DNA from: Botryllus schlosseri
Lineage: Eukaryota
Assembly: GCA_051294905.1 (NCBI GenBank)
Contig: CM119376.1
Coordinates: 23,188,001 to 23,252,000 of the forward strand
Direction of reading: 5' to 3'
DNA length: 64,000 nt
Part shown: in pieces, positions 37,801-51,793 of the stretch
Position numbering within the stretch: the stretch's first letter is position 1
Layout of the letters: every line of letters starts with the position of its first letter
Made by a program: the position numbers and the translations under genes
Notes under the pieces: model-generated
Told to the model about the DNA's origin: nothing
The model's database searches: none
Seen by the model: the letters and a program-made list of their open reading frames with translations, nothing else

Positions 37801-40800
37801 CATTCACGTTGCCCCTCTACCATTCACCTTCCCGAAATACCCAGACCCACCAGACATTTTCTCCCTTAAATATTCAGTATTTCTTGTTTCCAGTTGCTTA
37901 TTGCTGCTATCGTCTAAATTGGCTTGAAGGTATAGCGACTCCATCCCAACACTGATATTACCATGCAGGAGCTCTATCAGCTTATCGAGGTTCATGCTAG
38001 GGGTTTGTTCAAGAGGCTTTGTCTATTTAATTGTGGGAAGAGCATGCGTAATATTAATAATAATCGTTAAGTTATATTTTTCATCTGAACAAGTCACACA
38101 CAATGTAGATTGCGATAAGATACAATGCGATGTAATGAACAGATATGAGGATATCGAACGACGCGCAGTTGCGATCTTTTTTTATACTGACATCCACCTC
38201 GGCGGCTCGGCCTAGAGTGCTCGATGTCACAGTTCTTTTTGATGTTGATCTTTTTGAAGCCACGGCCTTTCTAGTTCTTTCCATTCCTTGTGAGTGCTTT
38301 CTTTCGTCGGGTCTTTTTCTGGGCTTTTTTTTTCGCCGTAAGAACGGCGACGGCGGGGGATGCTAGCACATTGAGACTGCCGAAGAGTTACCATTCCGGT
38401 ATACCGAGATGCCGTACGACAAGAAGTCGAAAGGGTACAGAAGATAATTACAAATACAACATCCGTCCAAGCGCCACTGATGTCATTCGCTCAGCAGAAC
38501 CTCACATCACGAAATAGTGTACCTATACGACAATACCGGTACTCCGGTATTTCGCAGGTGTTGCCTACAGTTGCTGCTCGACCGTGAAAATTGACACTCA
38601 AGTCTGGTGGTGCGCTGACTTAGATTTGAGTGCTGATCTGGACGCGTTTGAGTGTGAGTATGCTTTTTGGCGTGAGTTGAGTAAAGAAATCGTTGCTGAG
38701 TAGAGAATCGCTACTCAGCAGAGAAATTGGGCTCCACCCCTAGTTAGTATTAGTAGTGGTATAAGTGGAAGTAGTCTCAATGCATAACACCAAGAGTAGG
38801 CGAAACCTACTTGAGCACTCCTAGGAAAGGTAGAATTACCCCTTACCTCATTAATTGCATTGCGTCCAGACTCCATCAGCCAGCACGCCTTCCTGCGTAT
38901 CTTTGACGGCGCGGCTTTTACGAATGTCCCTGTCCAGCTGCGACGGCAACTGGGAACTGATGACCGCCCATTTGGCGTGGTACAAATCGATAATATCGTT
39001 ATGGATCGGCGAATCGGTGCCACCGAAGCAGGTGTTTCCGCAGTTTACCTTGCTCTGGTTGCATTTCAGTAAAGCGTTGAACGCCATAAAAAAATCGGAA
39101 GGTTTCGGTGAGTTGGTGCTGTGATGTATATCTGGATTTGGTCTGATATTTTTGTTCTATAACAGGCTTGCACAAGTACGCGGTAAAGAATGATAAGAGC
39201 GTTACACCAAAAAACTGGCTTGCCAGGTGCGACAAGTGTCTCGGCAAAGACATACCGGGAAATTGTGAAATTGGAACCGATCCGTCCGATCAATTCGACG
39301 CGTTCTTGGCCATTTTCGGACAGTTGCTAAGTCACGGTTACTGGAAAGACAACAAACAGAAGTGAGAATATAATGATTTCTTTATCTACCGTGCGGATGC
39401 TTTTGAATTATAACGTTGAGCATTTACTATATCTTGGGAATAGGGCAATGTTTTTTTGGCATTCAAAATTAGGTCAAAAAATGTCAAAATTTATTACAAC
39501 CTGCATTTTGTTTGTATCGTAGATTTTGCACTGTCGGAAAACTTATCATTTGACTATTTACAGCTTGTAGCCTACTTTATAGGCCTGCCGTTGTACACGG
39601 CCCATTGTCTGCTCACTGTGAATCATAAACATTCAAATAAAACAAATAAGCGGACACGGTGTTATGCTCAATGTACCGCAATATCCTAACTGAAGAAATA
39701 CTGCGTGGCCATTGCACGGTTCTTGTATCAAGAAGCGCATGATGAACATTTGTGATGTAGACACCATCGTCAGAATGAAGCAACACGGTGCGTCACCCAG
39801 GGTTGTAACCAAGTCACAAGATTCCGAGTCACAAGTCAATCTCACTTTTACAATCTCAAGTCAAGTCGAGTCATTTTCAATACAGAAATTGACTCAAGTC
39901 GAGTCGTTTCCGTATTTTGAGAAAATGACTCGAGTCAAGTTGAGTCATCAGAAAATCGTGACTCAAGTCGTAGTCGAGTCACTCATTACAACCCTAGCAA
40001 ACAAATAAGCAGAGGTGGTCAGTCGGTCGTTTTTTAAATACTGTCAGTTCTACTTGTTACTCCTCTTTTTTTAGCCAAAAGGACTTCTTCCACTTCTTAA
40101 TTTTGTAGAAAGTAATTTTGCATATGTTTACATTTGTCATAAGAACTGGGTGAAATAACCTCTGTATCGTGGTAATTGAATATATTTTTGAAATTTTCAC
40201 CTTTTCGTAGTATTATTTATGAGTCAAATTGTCACAAGAACGGGGTGAACCAGATATTTCGCAGCGATCGTGAGTTGGATCATGATAAACCTCGCTTTTT
40301 CAGATTCTTCTCCCGTCTGCAAACGGGCGAGATGAAAAAGTTGAACGAAAGCGGATTGACGAACCTTTTTCAAACTTTCCTGCTAATCGCCTCTTCCAAA
40401 ATCAGCAACGTTGAGAGACTGGAAGTTTTCAGTAAGCTAGCGAAAGTTCTCGATGGAGTGACGCTGATGAAGACTGATTACAGGAAAATGAAGGTTATGC
40501 TGAATGGTAAGTGTTGTTTTGTATATATGAAGGTAATGCTATCAGGGCTCTTCTTAGACCAGGGATGTCAAATATATGACCTGCCTTGTTATTTCATCCG
40601 GCCCGCAATTCGATGCTGTTGAGTGAATGAAAAATGGTAGTATATTTTGACCCATTTCTATCAAAAGTTATGGTTTTAAAGAAATAATCCCTTGGCAAAT
40701 GTCGACCATATGTCGTATTAAATTGCCAGATGGCAATGTTGTGTCTTCTCTCTTGTCGCCATTACCAAATTCCGAGAAAGACAAAAGTCCACACACTGTA

Positions 40801-43800
40801 TGCAGTATACCAAAAGCTAGCATTAGTTATTTATAGTGGCGAAAATGCCAAGGCTAAACCGTTGTGTGCAAGGTATACCGCTAAAAGAATATAATGCAAA
40901 TATATGTGACCCCACTATATCACTTGTGACTCGATAGGCCCTAGTTTTGCAAAGCTATTCAGTTGAAATTCTGTCGGTAAAATGTGCACTTTAGACGTGT
41001 GTATTTCTTCACATCTTCTACTTTCATTATAGTTGGTTGGTTCATTTTTTTTCTCATGGATTCCTCAAAACGCATCTGCAAGGCCAACGCCGCACCAAGA
41101 TTAGAACAACAGGAGCATAGAAATATGATAACTTATATAGTAGTGACCTGAGAAGGTTAGGAGCCAGTGTTTTAGCGTTCGTAGCGGATAATCATTATAT
41201 TTTTACCAATCCATTGTTCTCTAATGTAAGTTTTGCTGATGTACCAAAATATTATCTAACGTGAATGCAGACTTGATAACGAAGCATACGACTGAAAAAC
41301 AATTGTATTGATTTTGACGTATCATTTTTGTGTCGTCGGACTGGTCCGACCCGCAAGCAATCAAAAGGTCCTAATCCTAATATTAAAAATGGAAAATGAC
41401 TCGACTCGACTCAATTTATGTATTGACTCAACTTGTACTCGAGTCATTCCGCACGACTCGACACATTCAATATGACTTATATTCAAGTCTCGTGTATCAG
41501 GACTGATAATTGAAAAAAAAGAAACGTTTAAGAGTGAGAAAAATTGCTATGTTTGGAATCTCAGGCCTTCAATATCTCCCAAGAGTTTCACAGAAATAAG
41601 TTGAACCGGACTTGAACTGATAATGAACAGTAAACACTATGACTTGGTATCGGACTTGACTCGGTGAATTGAAAATGACTCGACTTGACTCGAGTCAAAA
41701 CTATAAAAGTCAAATTGACTTGTGACTCGGTTACGACCCTGCATTTCAGCAAGGTCACCGACGATTTAATTTCAGGGCTGTTCTGCTGTGTGCAACTTTC
41801 GGTAGTGCTTTCTTTGCGCATCGAAGCGATAGCGTCCAAATGCGCGTCGACCGCTGGATCGCTTTTCAAGTAAGTCACGGATCGCGGGCCTGGATGATTT
41901 GTCGACTTCTGTTTCAATTTTCCAGGTTATTTTCCGACGCCGCCCGAAATGTCGAGCAGAGGAACTCAATTTGGAAGCTGGTGGAGTTCTATTTCCGTAA
42001 TTTGTCCGAGATTTTTCAAATGTCCAAGTCGTTTCGGCTGGGTCAGGTGCGAAATAGACGTTTGCTTACTGCAGTGTTTCTCAAAGTATTTGTTACGACC
42101 GCAGCAGAGCGATCGTTTAATGTGTGTGATATTTGTTGAAATTACTCAGATTTGTGTTGCGCTCTAAATAGTTTGAGAAGCTCTAGCCTAATGCCACACC
42201 CTCTTGATACACATTTGTATTTACTTCAAAAAATTCAAAATCCTAATGATTAGAATAAGATGTATATTTAAATAATCTTCACGCTACGTTTTGGACTTCA
42301 GTCCATGATAGTTATATTTAAAATTAGTTCATATTTCATAAATAAACACCGCTGTTTTGGTGCTGATATCCTTTTTTTTTCAATGGCAAATCGCCGCTTT
42401 ATCTTTCGTCAGGAGTTGCTTTTGCCTTCTCTGGATGCATCTACGTCTCTAACTGCCACGAGAGCCGACGAAAACGTTTTTATCGCCGATACCTTCTCTG
42501 TGATGTTCTCTACATTGAGGTGAGTAGCTGCCAGACGCCCGAGTGAAGTTTTGTGCGGCTATTTGCCAGCACATACGTTCCCTGTTCCAGTTCGCATCTG
42601 AAACGTTCCCACGAAAAGGCCGCCTTTCATTCTCACACTTCTCTCGTGGAGAACCTGTCGAATTTCGTGTTGCCGTGGCTTAAAGCGATCGTGAGATCCG
42701 ACGATGTCGCCGCGGAAGAAATCGCGAACCTGATCGTGGAATTATGTGGCGCGGTGGTCAGAATGTGGGTAATAGTTGTTGAAAGCAGTTATGAGTGCGG
42801 TGTGTTGTCAGGTCTTCGAAGTGTGTGTTTTTCAAAGAAGATAAGGAACCGTAACATAACAAACAAAGCAAGCATAGGAATTCTGGGGAAATTCAGATCT
42901 CAATCTGACCCAGATTTACATCTTTCTGTAGTTGAACGGTTGTCTATAATGTAGGCTTACATCATTGTTGTTATTGTGTTGACTTTCATGTTGTTGGAAT
43001 ATTCTTGTATTTTGGTAGCTAATGTCAATAGCATGAATAACGGAAATGCCCCAGTTCTCACCGTGCTGGTAAGGCTTGTGTTTTGATGTTCCAATTATTC
43101 CGTCAGCCAGATGTGAGTAAATGCCTGCTGCTTCACCTGAACAGGCTAGCTGTAACATTTTAGAGTAGTGGTTGGCAACATACGATGTCACATTGGCTTC
43201 AACAGCTATTGTATTACATTACGTTAATAACTTCATTATATGCTGTTTTGGTCTTTATGCTTAAGTTTACATTAAATACGTTTTATCGACGGTATAGGTG
43301 TAACAATGTATCGATTCAGAAATCAGACCCTGTCGATTATATCTTTTTTCCATATCAGACCCCTGCCGACTGGAGAAGTTGCCCGCCCCTGTTCTAGAGT
43401 AAACATATATTACCCAGTTCAAACGATAGACCACGAATGGTGCAGATTTGCTGCGTTCAAAAGGTTTCTTTGATCACCGGATTGAAGTTTCAGGGATTTA
43501 TTTACATTTATTGTATAAGTAGAGTCTGGTATGCCTTCGGAAAATCCTGAAGATATATTGGGTGCTCCTCATTTTTCAGTTTATCAACATTTTGCGACTG
43601 CAACCGTAATGCCCCTTCGAATTTCATTAGGCTTGTACTACACATTAGTAAGTTTATTGTGACCCCAGTCATCATCTCAGACTTGATGATAGGTTTACGC
43701 AATGTCGGTTTGAAGTAGTCTTTGTAGAGGGGATATTGGGCCCATCATCATTTCTGCAGGCAGTAACGTGTGGGTATCCACCCTCGTGAAGCATAACCAA

Positions 43801-46195
43801 CTTGAAGCAAATATGGACCCAGGCACACCTGGGTCAGAAAAATTCTAAAGACTCATTGAGCGCTCCTCTCCACGGAAATCTTTAGTAAAAGGCGAAAGAT
43901 TTGTTCGAGGACTGAAGAGAAGCCAGAGTTGAACTGATGCAATATTTTATAGCGGAGTGTATGGCGAGATATATCTAAGATTTACGGTGGTTACATAAAA
44001 CATTTGTTCGAAAAGTTAATATTTAATGATTAGTTGCGTACAATACAACGAAAAGATAAGAATGATTCGAAACTTCTCTATTTGTCTAACTGACTGAACC
44101 CTGTTTGTAACAGTGCAAATGGATTGTCGACAGGTTCTGAATTCGGCTCATCTATTTCCAGAACGAAAATGAAACCCTTGCTCACGTTTCCGATCAAGAT
44201 GTCGAGTCTGGTGTCTCACTTTTGCGGATCCATCGACATAAAATTAGGAGTACGCAGCGCTCTGCTTCTACGTGTCATGTCAGAGGATAGCAGCGAACTA
44301 ATCGACCATTCCACTAACCAGTCGGTGGTGCAAGGCGCTCTTAAATGTATCGTTTCGCATGACGATAAGGAACGTCAAGACCGTTTAACGAGGTAGATCC
44401 ATGGTAATTGAAATTGTGATCCACTGTTGGTAACGATCTGTGCGACTTTCAGGTGTATATTGCGCGTTGACGCCGTCCAAAACATTCTTGAATGCAGGGA
44501 CTTCGGCCGGCCGAACACTTTTGAGAATTTTTTGGAAGCACTCAAAATCAGATTTGATTTTGCCCAGGTTGTTTATTTGTGTCTGTTGAGGTAGTAATCG
44601 AATTTGCCTTCCTGCTATTACTCATTTTGGTTTCTTTGCATTTCGGCATGAATAGTACTGTGCAACTTGTCCGTTGAAGATAATTTAGAACAGATACAGA
44701 ATTTTGAGTGAAATACTAGCTCTGAACGGAATTCAAACAGAATTCAGTAGCCTAACTGTTGTTGTTTGTAGTTTTCATTAGTTCCAAATATTTGTGATAA
44801 CAAATTCTTCCACTGTAAAAGATGACGTTTATCTTGTATTCTACAGAAACCAGATCAATTGCGCGTCAGAGCTCAAATGAATCTTTGGTTCAGTCCCATC
44901 TCGGAGGTGATTACTTCGCTGACGAAATCGCATTCCTACGAAGATCCAGACGCGTTGCGCAACTTTTATAAAACTATCGGATTGATTGTCCAACACTGTG
45001 GAAAGATATTGTATTCGCCGGTAAAGTACCAAGTGGAATTCCATCTTAGATAGCGTGCGACCGAGTATGGTTGAACAGCAGATGAAACGGCTTTTGATCA
45101 TGTTATTTATCTGTTCTGAAACTCCATCAATTACAAATAGATATTGAACAGCTCCGGCTAGCAGTTAACAGCAGTTATTCACTCTATCTGTCAGCAATAT
45201 ATAATAATACACCAGCACTACTTTCCGCAGTATAATTTAATGTCGTCTAGAATTCCAGTGATTCAATTTGAAAACTATTCAGGGAAGCCGAGGTCTCGTG
45301 ACTCAAGCGTTCGATGTACTCATCCTACCAAGGTCGGTGTACGTGCCGAAAGAAAAAAAGTTAAATCCAACGTTGATGAAAGCTTTGTATCAAAGCCTTC
45401 ATATCGTACGTAATTTTAAATGGTAGCATCAGAAACGTGGGAGTTTTCATTTGTTCTTGCATTCATAGTTCATCAAAGGCTTGTTGAATCTGGATTGCGG
45501 ATTGGACGCGTACGTTCAACGTGTGTTGAGGGACATTGTGAATGTCTATTTGACGAGGTATGAATCATTAATTTATGTCGAGAATTCGCAGGTTCCAATA
45601 GAAGTCTTGATAAGCAGTCATTGTATTCGGAAGCGTAAACTTGGGTACCTAATCCCAAGTAGTTTGCCAGACAATTCAATTCCTTCACTTACCCAAATAC
45701 TCACAAGAGTCAGTACACTGAAAAGGCCTATAGTCGGAACCATTAAAATATTATTTTCATTTATTGCAAATTTTTTCACCGTTCAACTGAAACTGCTGAA
45801 CTGTGAGGTAAATTTTTTTTCTTCAGATTTCCGGCAGCTCTAAATGCAGCCACACATCCATTTGCGCAGACTCTGGTGAGCTGCGATATTGACACGGCTC
45901 AGAAATGTTCACTTCTGAAAACGCTATGTCAGCACTGTCAAACGGGGCCGGATCAAGAAACGACACTAACTGTGGTAAGACGCCGCAATTCGACTAATGT
46001 TGACCAGTTTTGAATATTCTTTTTATCTAGCTGATCGACGTCTTGCAGGCGTGGGTATCAAACTCTAGCACTGTCTTGACAGCTGAAGGAATCTTCTCGC
46101 TACGACCAATAACAGACAGAGCCAAAGTATTTCTTAACGCCTTCCCGGCGATGAGGAAAAAAATCGATTATATTTTAACCCGCTGTGCGAGTTAG
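31899..46195 (+). CDS. MMS22L: MMS22-like DNA repair protein, multi-exon (internal exon boundaries only partly resolved)
   Basis: Starts MDVDASLTPPPSP. Exon peptides include CSPFSCRCC (~36340), FCWWWTYDVARVFLFD (~36690), LWLHFSKALN (~39050), KKLNESGLTNLFQTFLLIA (~40340) and LVEFYFRNL (~41980), recalled as matching the MMS22L order. Last exon is 46031-46195. Confidence 0.8.
32270..32480. mobile_element. Partial copy of the long-TIR foldback family in an MMS22L intron
   Basis: gggttgttcaaa...caccaaatttgg...ccagtagaagcg motifs are shared with the 9982 and 62682 elements. Confidence 0.55.
33345..33851. mobile_element. Fragments of gactcgagtc-rich MITE family
   Basis: Multiple gactcgagtc/gactcgactc motifs; terminus ctacaaccctg. 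Confidence 0.6.
37257..38742 (-). mobile_element. About 1.5-kb hAT-like element with a probable decayed transposase relic
   Basis: TIRs tagggtggagcccaatt / aattgggctccacccc-ta; actca/tgagt subterminal repeats. Stop-ridden minus-strand peptides (WKELERPWL, GLHLRV, YIESSSKSVDQLRQ) recall ZNF862-like hAT transposases. No clean TSD. Confidence 0.55.
39798..39996. mobile_element. gactcgagtc-family MITE
   Basis: TIRs cagggttgtaa / ttacaacccta; no TSD found. Confidence 0.7.
41390..41740. mobile_element. gactcgagtc-family MITE fragments
   Basis: gactcgactc repeats; terminus ttacgaccctg; similar to 33760-33850. Confidence 0.55.
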
Positions 46196-46275
46196 CATTT
46201 TTCATTCGTTAAATTGCATAGAAATTTATTTCGTTTGAATACAGAACATTGAGAAAACAATTTAGCATTGTTACA

Positions 46276-49200
46276 CTATTCTGGCTTTGGCAGTGTCGGC
46301 ATGTTCTCAAACTCGAAATCTAGTAGCATCTGCCCAAACGCTTTACCTTGCGGGTCTGTACGCAGTGACGCTACGCCTCCGCCTCCCAGACAGTCTGTCA
46401 GGACGAAGTTGAAGCCGTGAATGCCAGGCATTGCATATCTCTTCACTTGATTACCGATCATATTTTCATTTTCTCCGTCAAACACGTGCTGAAAGTACTT
46501 GAACACCGCTTCTTCTGTCAAATATTTTTCTATGTAGGGAACGTACGCAGGGTGCCTGGCGATTACACCGATGTTGGCGGAATTGCCTTTGTCACCACTC
46601 CTAGTGTATGCTAGATCTTCCAAAATGTATTTGCTTGTTCCCGACAGCACGACGCTTTGTTCTTCTTTCAAAGTCGCCTCTTCGCTTATCGTTTCTGTGT
46701 GCTTTTCGCAGAAAGATATCTTCTCCGTTTTCCCATCTATATGTACCGTGGCTTCCAGGTCTTGTTTCAGATGCAGAAAAGAAAATAGCTTCAGGATTGG
46801 CGATGGCCGCGGCCGGCCTCCGACAATAGCTGACAATCCTGGAGCCATTCCTAGGAATAGACATTGAAATTAGGCATAACCAAGGGCCCACTTCACTGCA
46901 ACATGCTATTACTGACACAGATTCAGTGGCAGAGAAGCGGATATCTGCTGAATTCTATTTATTAGTTTGAAGTGTGCACAGCACAGCTTCTGGTGGTGGA
47001 CAGTTTTAAACTTGTGTGTTTGAAGCAAATTCTTCAACGAGTTACGATAGGCCTTTGCCACACCAGAAATTATACTATTTACTGGGTGTTCCAGGTTATT
47101 ATTACATTTAAAATACAAAAATTACGGACGTTGGCTACTGATTAGAGTCAGGCGAGAAGCTTTTAGCGAACATAAATTTACAATATAAAGCAATCGCTTA
47201 TTACAACAAAATGGTAGGGCGCTCAACTTGAGAATAAGCTACAGCTTACCAGTTCCTGCAGCCGCGATTTCTCTAGCAAATATGTTGAGCGCACTTTTGT
47301 CTTCATGCTCCAACGCCATCCAGATTGCGGTTTCTCGTGGCCCTTCGTTGTCATCTCCGTACGTTCTCGCATTATCTCCGTAAGGCGATTCGTCGCCGAT
47401 TGCTTGAACATGGACACGGCGAAAATCGGGTAAACCTAGCGTCTTCAGTATTCCGCGCACCCGTTTGATAATGGACTGCGCCGTTTTATGACCTGGAAAC
47501 ATCAAGGAAATTTGAGAGGTGAATGTGTGCAATGTACACATAGATACGTGAGCTGTGAATTGGCGGTAGCTTCCAATTTTACGATTTTCAAGTTTTGAGG
47601 TCACCAGCCTTCACTAATGAGAAACGATAATTCAGCACCAGTTTAATGATAATTTCATCATTTCAAAACACCACAAAATTGCGATACAATGAAAAGATAC
47701 TTGGAGTAGTCTTTGAAATCAGACAACCAGGAATGTGTTTGCAAACAGAGGTGGTCAAAGTAGTCACTGTTGCTACTCAAGTAGAAGAAACGCCGGAATT
47801 TCTACTCAAGTAGAAGTAGGAGTGGTGTTTCACAAGAAAGTAGGTATTCTATGCTTATTTTTGCCTACAAAACTGAAAACTGTCAAGTAGAAGTAGTCTA
47901 AAACCATGACTACTTAAAAGTAGTGTGAGTGGACAAAATCTACTTCAAGTACTTCAAAAAGTAGAAGTACTTCGTTACTGACCACCTCTGTTTGCAAACG
48001 ACTACTTCACCCATTGGAGTCGAAAACATTTAATCTCATTCGATTGCCAAATTCTATGAACATTATTGTGATGCCACAGTAAGAGATACCGAATTTTGGA
48101 CAGGCGACAACACATTTTTGTGTTCAGAATAAAATTTACCGGAAAGTGTTGTCTTTTGACATAGCCTAGTTGCCAAGCAATAAAACCTGGCGGTGTAAAA
48201 GTTGAATTAAAACAAGAATAACGAAAGGTAGTATATCAGAAATCCCCTTAGCTACGACGGCAACACCGCGCGAGCGCACCAACCTTTTGCAATCGCTCGC
48301 TTTCCCCCAACGCAACACACTGCCGTAATCCTGTACCCATCCAGATACGTAGCGCACACTTTGAAACTTTCTGTCGGAGGCCTGCCTCTCGCACCCGTAA
48401 CTTTCACGCTCTCGTCCTTTTCGACTGCTTCAATCCGCACGTTACGGAAATCGCAAACCACGTCCGGCAAGACGTAAGACGACGGATCCCCTATCTCGTA
48501 CGTCAACTGCTCGGCAGCAGTAGCCGGCGTGACGATACCGCCGGTGTTAGGCGGTTTAGTGAGCACGAACGATCCGTCTTTGTTGCAGTCTACGATCGGA
48601 AAGCCCATTTTATGCCAGCCATTCACATCTTGCCAGTCCGTGAATATGCCGCCGGTAGACTGTGCCCCGCATTCTACCAAGTGACCGGCCAGGCTCCCGG
48701 CAGCTAGCCTGGAATGTGAGAAAATCGGAATTGATTTATCAACAAGAATTGTAATCACGATACTAATACTTATTGTGGGAGGCTGTAAACCTCGATGGGT
48801 GGTACCACAGCATACGGCACATATTGTACAAAGCTATGCACTTTAGCCACAATGACATATCTACGAATCCGTGATCCACCAACAGCAATGAAATAGGTAC
48901 CGGTATGATCGAAAAACTATCAATTTTGATTTGATGTACAACTGCCACCATATTCATTGTGGTCGCATATGAGGTGCATTTTGAACTTTCCGCATAGTCT
49001 AGGCCTAAAATGATGAGGTCATAATTGATGATACTCGACTCGAAGCTAAATACCCGATTCAGAATCAAATCACCCAGGTACTTCAAAAAAATGACCGACG
49101 GAGAAAGAATAAAATTGAAGAAGACTGTAACATCATCATCATCATTGGTTTATTAGCAATTTTTATCAGTTCAATACACCACAGAAATGTGATACAATGA

Positions 49201-51061
49201 AAAGATAGGAAGGTGTCGAAGCGACTTGGGAGTAGTCTATGGAATCAGGCACCCACCTTGGCCTAGGCGATGTAAAGAGGAGGCATGCACAGTTGCACAC
49301 TGAATGAAAAGTAAACAAGATGGTATAGAAAAAAGCAAGCGACAAGAAATGGGGTGGCATGTCATGAAAGGCGAGATCGATAGGTCAGGTCGTGGTCCGG
49401 TAATCTTGAGGATGGACTAGTATACTAGTACTAGTATACATCAGGCACTAGGTCGAGGTGGATGCCAGTTCAAGAGACCCCAACTGGTTGGTCGTTCGGC
49501 ATCCCCCTATCTGTTCATTACATTGCATTTTGTGTCTTGTATATCGCACTGTAGCCTACATTGTGTGTCTGTGTCTTGGGCAGATGCAAATATAATCCAA
49601 CGATTGATTGGTTTTCCCCGGCCCTAGTCACTTCGAATTTCTAGTATCCTATGGTGTAGAATAAGGGTGCGAGAAAAACCTTTTCAATGGCCTCCTACCT
49701 GTCATAATCAGTGGACGCCCAGTCGAACTCGTGCATCAGAGGTGCCAACACGACTGCGCTATCGACACACCTTCCAGTGATCACAACTTGAGCGCCGAGA
49801 TCGAGCGCTCTTTTGATCGGCATTGCTCCGAGATAAGCATTCATGCTGACAATCGCAGCTTTCGGCAACGGTTTGCCACTGCCGATCTCCTGGATTGCAG
49901 ATTTAAATTTCTTCAACTCCGGCAGCAGATTGTCCCCGGTTACGGTAGCAATCTCCAATTTCAGACCTGTGAAACGGAGATATTATAAACACAAACAGGA
50001 AAATCTCCCAAGATAAAACATATGACATTCCATTCATGACAATGACAACATTCATAGAATGATCAATGGTATCATAATTGTAAGAGCGCCATAGCCATAG
50101 GCAGAGCTTCCGTTTCTAATTGAACAGTTTTTAGGCTACTACTTACTTTTAACGACTCAGATTTTGTATTGGAGTATTTGGTTGTATTAAGATTGATTGG
50201 ATACTCTTTAGTAATAATTACTGGATGAAAGCTGTATGAGTTACGCCTGAAAGGTAACCATACGACGGAAGTAAAGCTGTATGTGAGCTACGTCTGAAAG
50301 GTAGCTACACACGGCGGAAGAATTGGACATTGTTTTATCACTAATTGTTGTACACTAGCATCTCTGCTTGAAAATTTACAAGTGATAGTGCATACTACAA
50401 AGGAACTGGACACTGTATTATCACAAATTGTTGCACACTGGCAGCTCTGCCTGACAATTTATAAGTGACACTAGAGATATGTGACCCGTATAGAGGGCAT
50501 TGTGTCTTCACAATCTATACGCTGCTGTCACAGCTATATACTCAGGTGTTAACCCTGTAAAATTTAGTATTATCATGAAACAACCTGAGGAGTTACCCAG
50601 TAATAGGCCTTGATAATTACATCGGTATACCGTAGCGTCTAAAACTTTTCTATGATCACAATACCTTTCTCCTCAGCTACCTTCTTCAGCTGTTGAGAAC
50701 ATGCACTGGGATTTATCCCTCCGGCGTTACTGATAACTTTGATCTCTTTGCTAACAATATCGCTGAGATTAGGCTTCATGGCAGCCGCTATAAAATCCGG
50801 GGCGTAACCCATGTCTGGATTCTTTCTTCGTGCCGCTGTCAGTAGTGACATTGTGATTTCCGATAAGTAATCGAACACGAGATAGTCAATGTTTCCAATC
50901 TTTACGAGCTGATTAGCAGCTACAGCCGTATCGCCCCAGAACCCAGACGCACATCCAATCCGTACATTTGCTTTTTCTTGCGACGTCACGTTAACAGAAA
51001 AGGTTCTCAGTTGGTGATTGATTGGAATACTCCATATCTTTCTTGTTCCTCTCAAAATCAT
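46276..51061 (-). CDS. AtuA-like acyclic terpene utilisation protein (DUF1446); 5 exons (51061-50665, 49966-49699, 48708-48284, 47492-47250, 46850-46276), about 635 aa
   Basis: VRIGCASGFWGD, DYLVFDYLSEITM, ISNAGGINP, SMNAYLGA, VITGRCVDSA, HLVECGAQSTGG, EQLTYEIGDP, RSGDKGNSANIGV, GGGVASLRTDPQGK. GT-AG phases close. Confidence 0.9.
47746..47990. mobile_element. hAT MITE, 245 bp
   Basis: TIRs cagaggtggtca / tgaccacctctg; exact 8-bp TSD tttgcaaa; agtag-rich interior. Relatives near 40010 and around 37200/38760. Confidence 0.9.
49131..49414 (-). mobile_element. LINE/SINE-like 3' fragment in AtuA intron 2
   Basis: Minus strand ends aataaaccaatgatgatgatg; no pol III A/B boxes seen. Confidence 0.7.
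50227..50475. repeat. Two small imperfect tandem duplications (~47 bp x2 and ~80 bp x2) in AtuA intron 1
   Basis: aaagctgtat..ctgaaaggta occurs twice; tggaca..ttatcac..aattgttg occurs twice. Confidence 0.6.
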
Positions 51062-51793
51062 CTCGATAAATAAGCTATAAATCTGGATAACAATCGGTAA
51101 AATGCAGATAACTGGAGACTGATTGCAACAAATATTATTGAAGCGTTTAATTTATATTGGTCATGCAATACCAGACAGGAAAACAGATAATACCATACAT
51201 AAAATTTCATTGCAATTTTATATACAATTATCTTTACTGACATATATCTAAAAAACAGCTGGCAGCTTCATGCACACCAATACAGGGATCGGATTCGTTG
51301 GAGCAATCAAAATCTCATAGGGCATCTTTCAAAAATCGAAGAAGCATTTTCTTTCAAAATTCTTTCATTACCAAACCTAGTACGGCAAAATTACCAAAGA
51401 GATCAAACTTCGAAAAACTAAGACCTTTCTTTGCACCTGTAAAGTAAATCAATGACAACGCCTATAGAACTTCATGCCCAATTTCAGAACACCTTCCTTC
51501 ATTGAGCCTTTATCTACTTGATTGATTTATGAAGTGGATTTTATTTAGCATCAAGCAGCATCACATAATTTGCCATTCTGTATTCAATGGCTATTAGACT
51601 TACACAGGCCCGACCCGTATATACTCTAGAAACCAGATTAACTTGGCTTTAAGGGTAATGGACTCATGATTAACCATCGATCTATTGAACTTAAAGTAGC
51701 GTGATTGTGTAATTGGTCCAGGCGTAATACATATTGACGGCAGGATATTCGACACAGTGCGTATCATGCAAGTGAGATTGGAAACAATCAATG

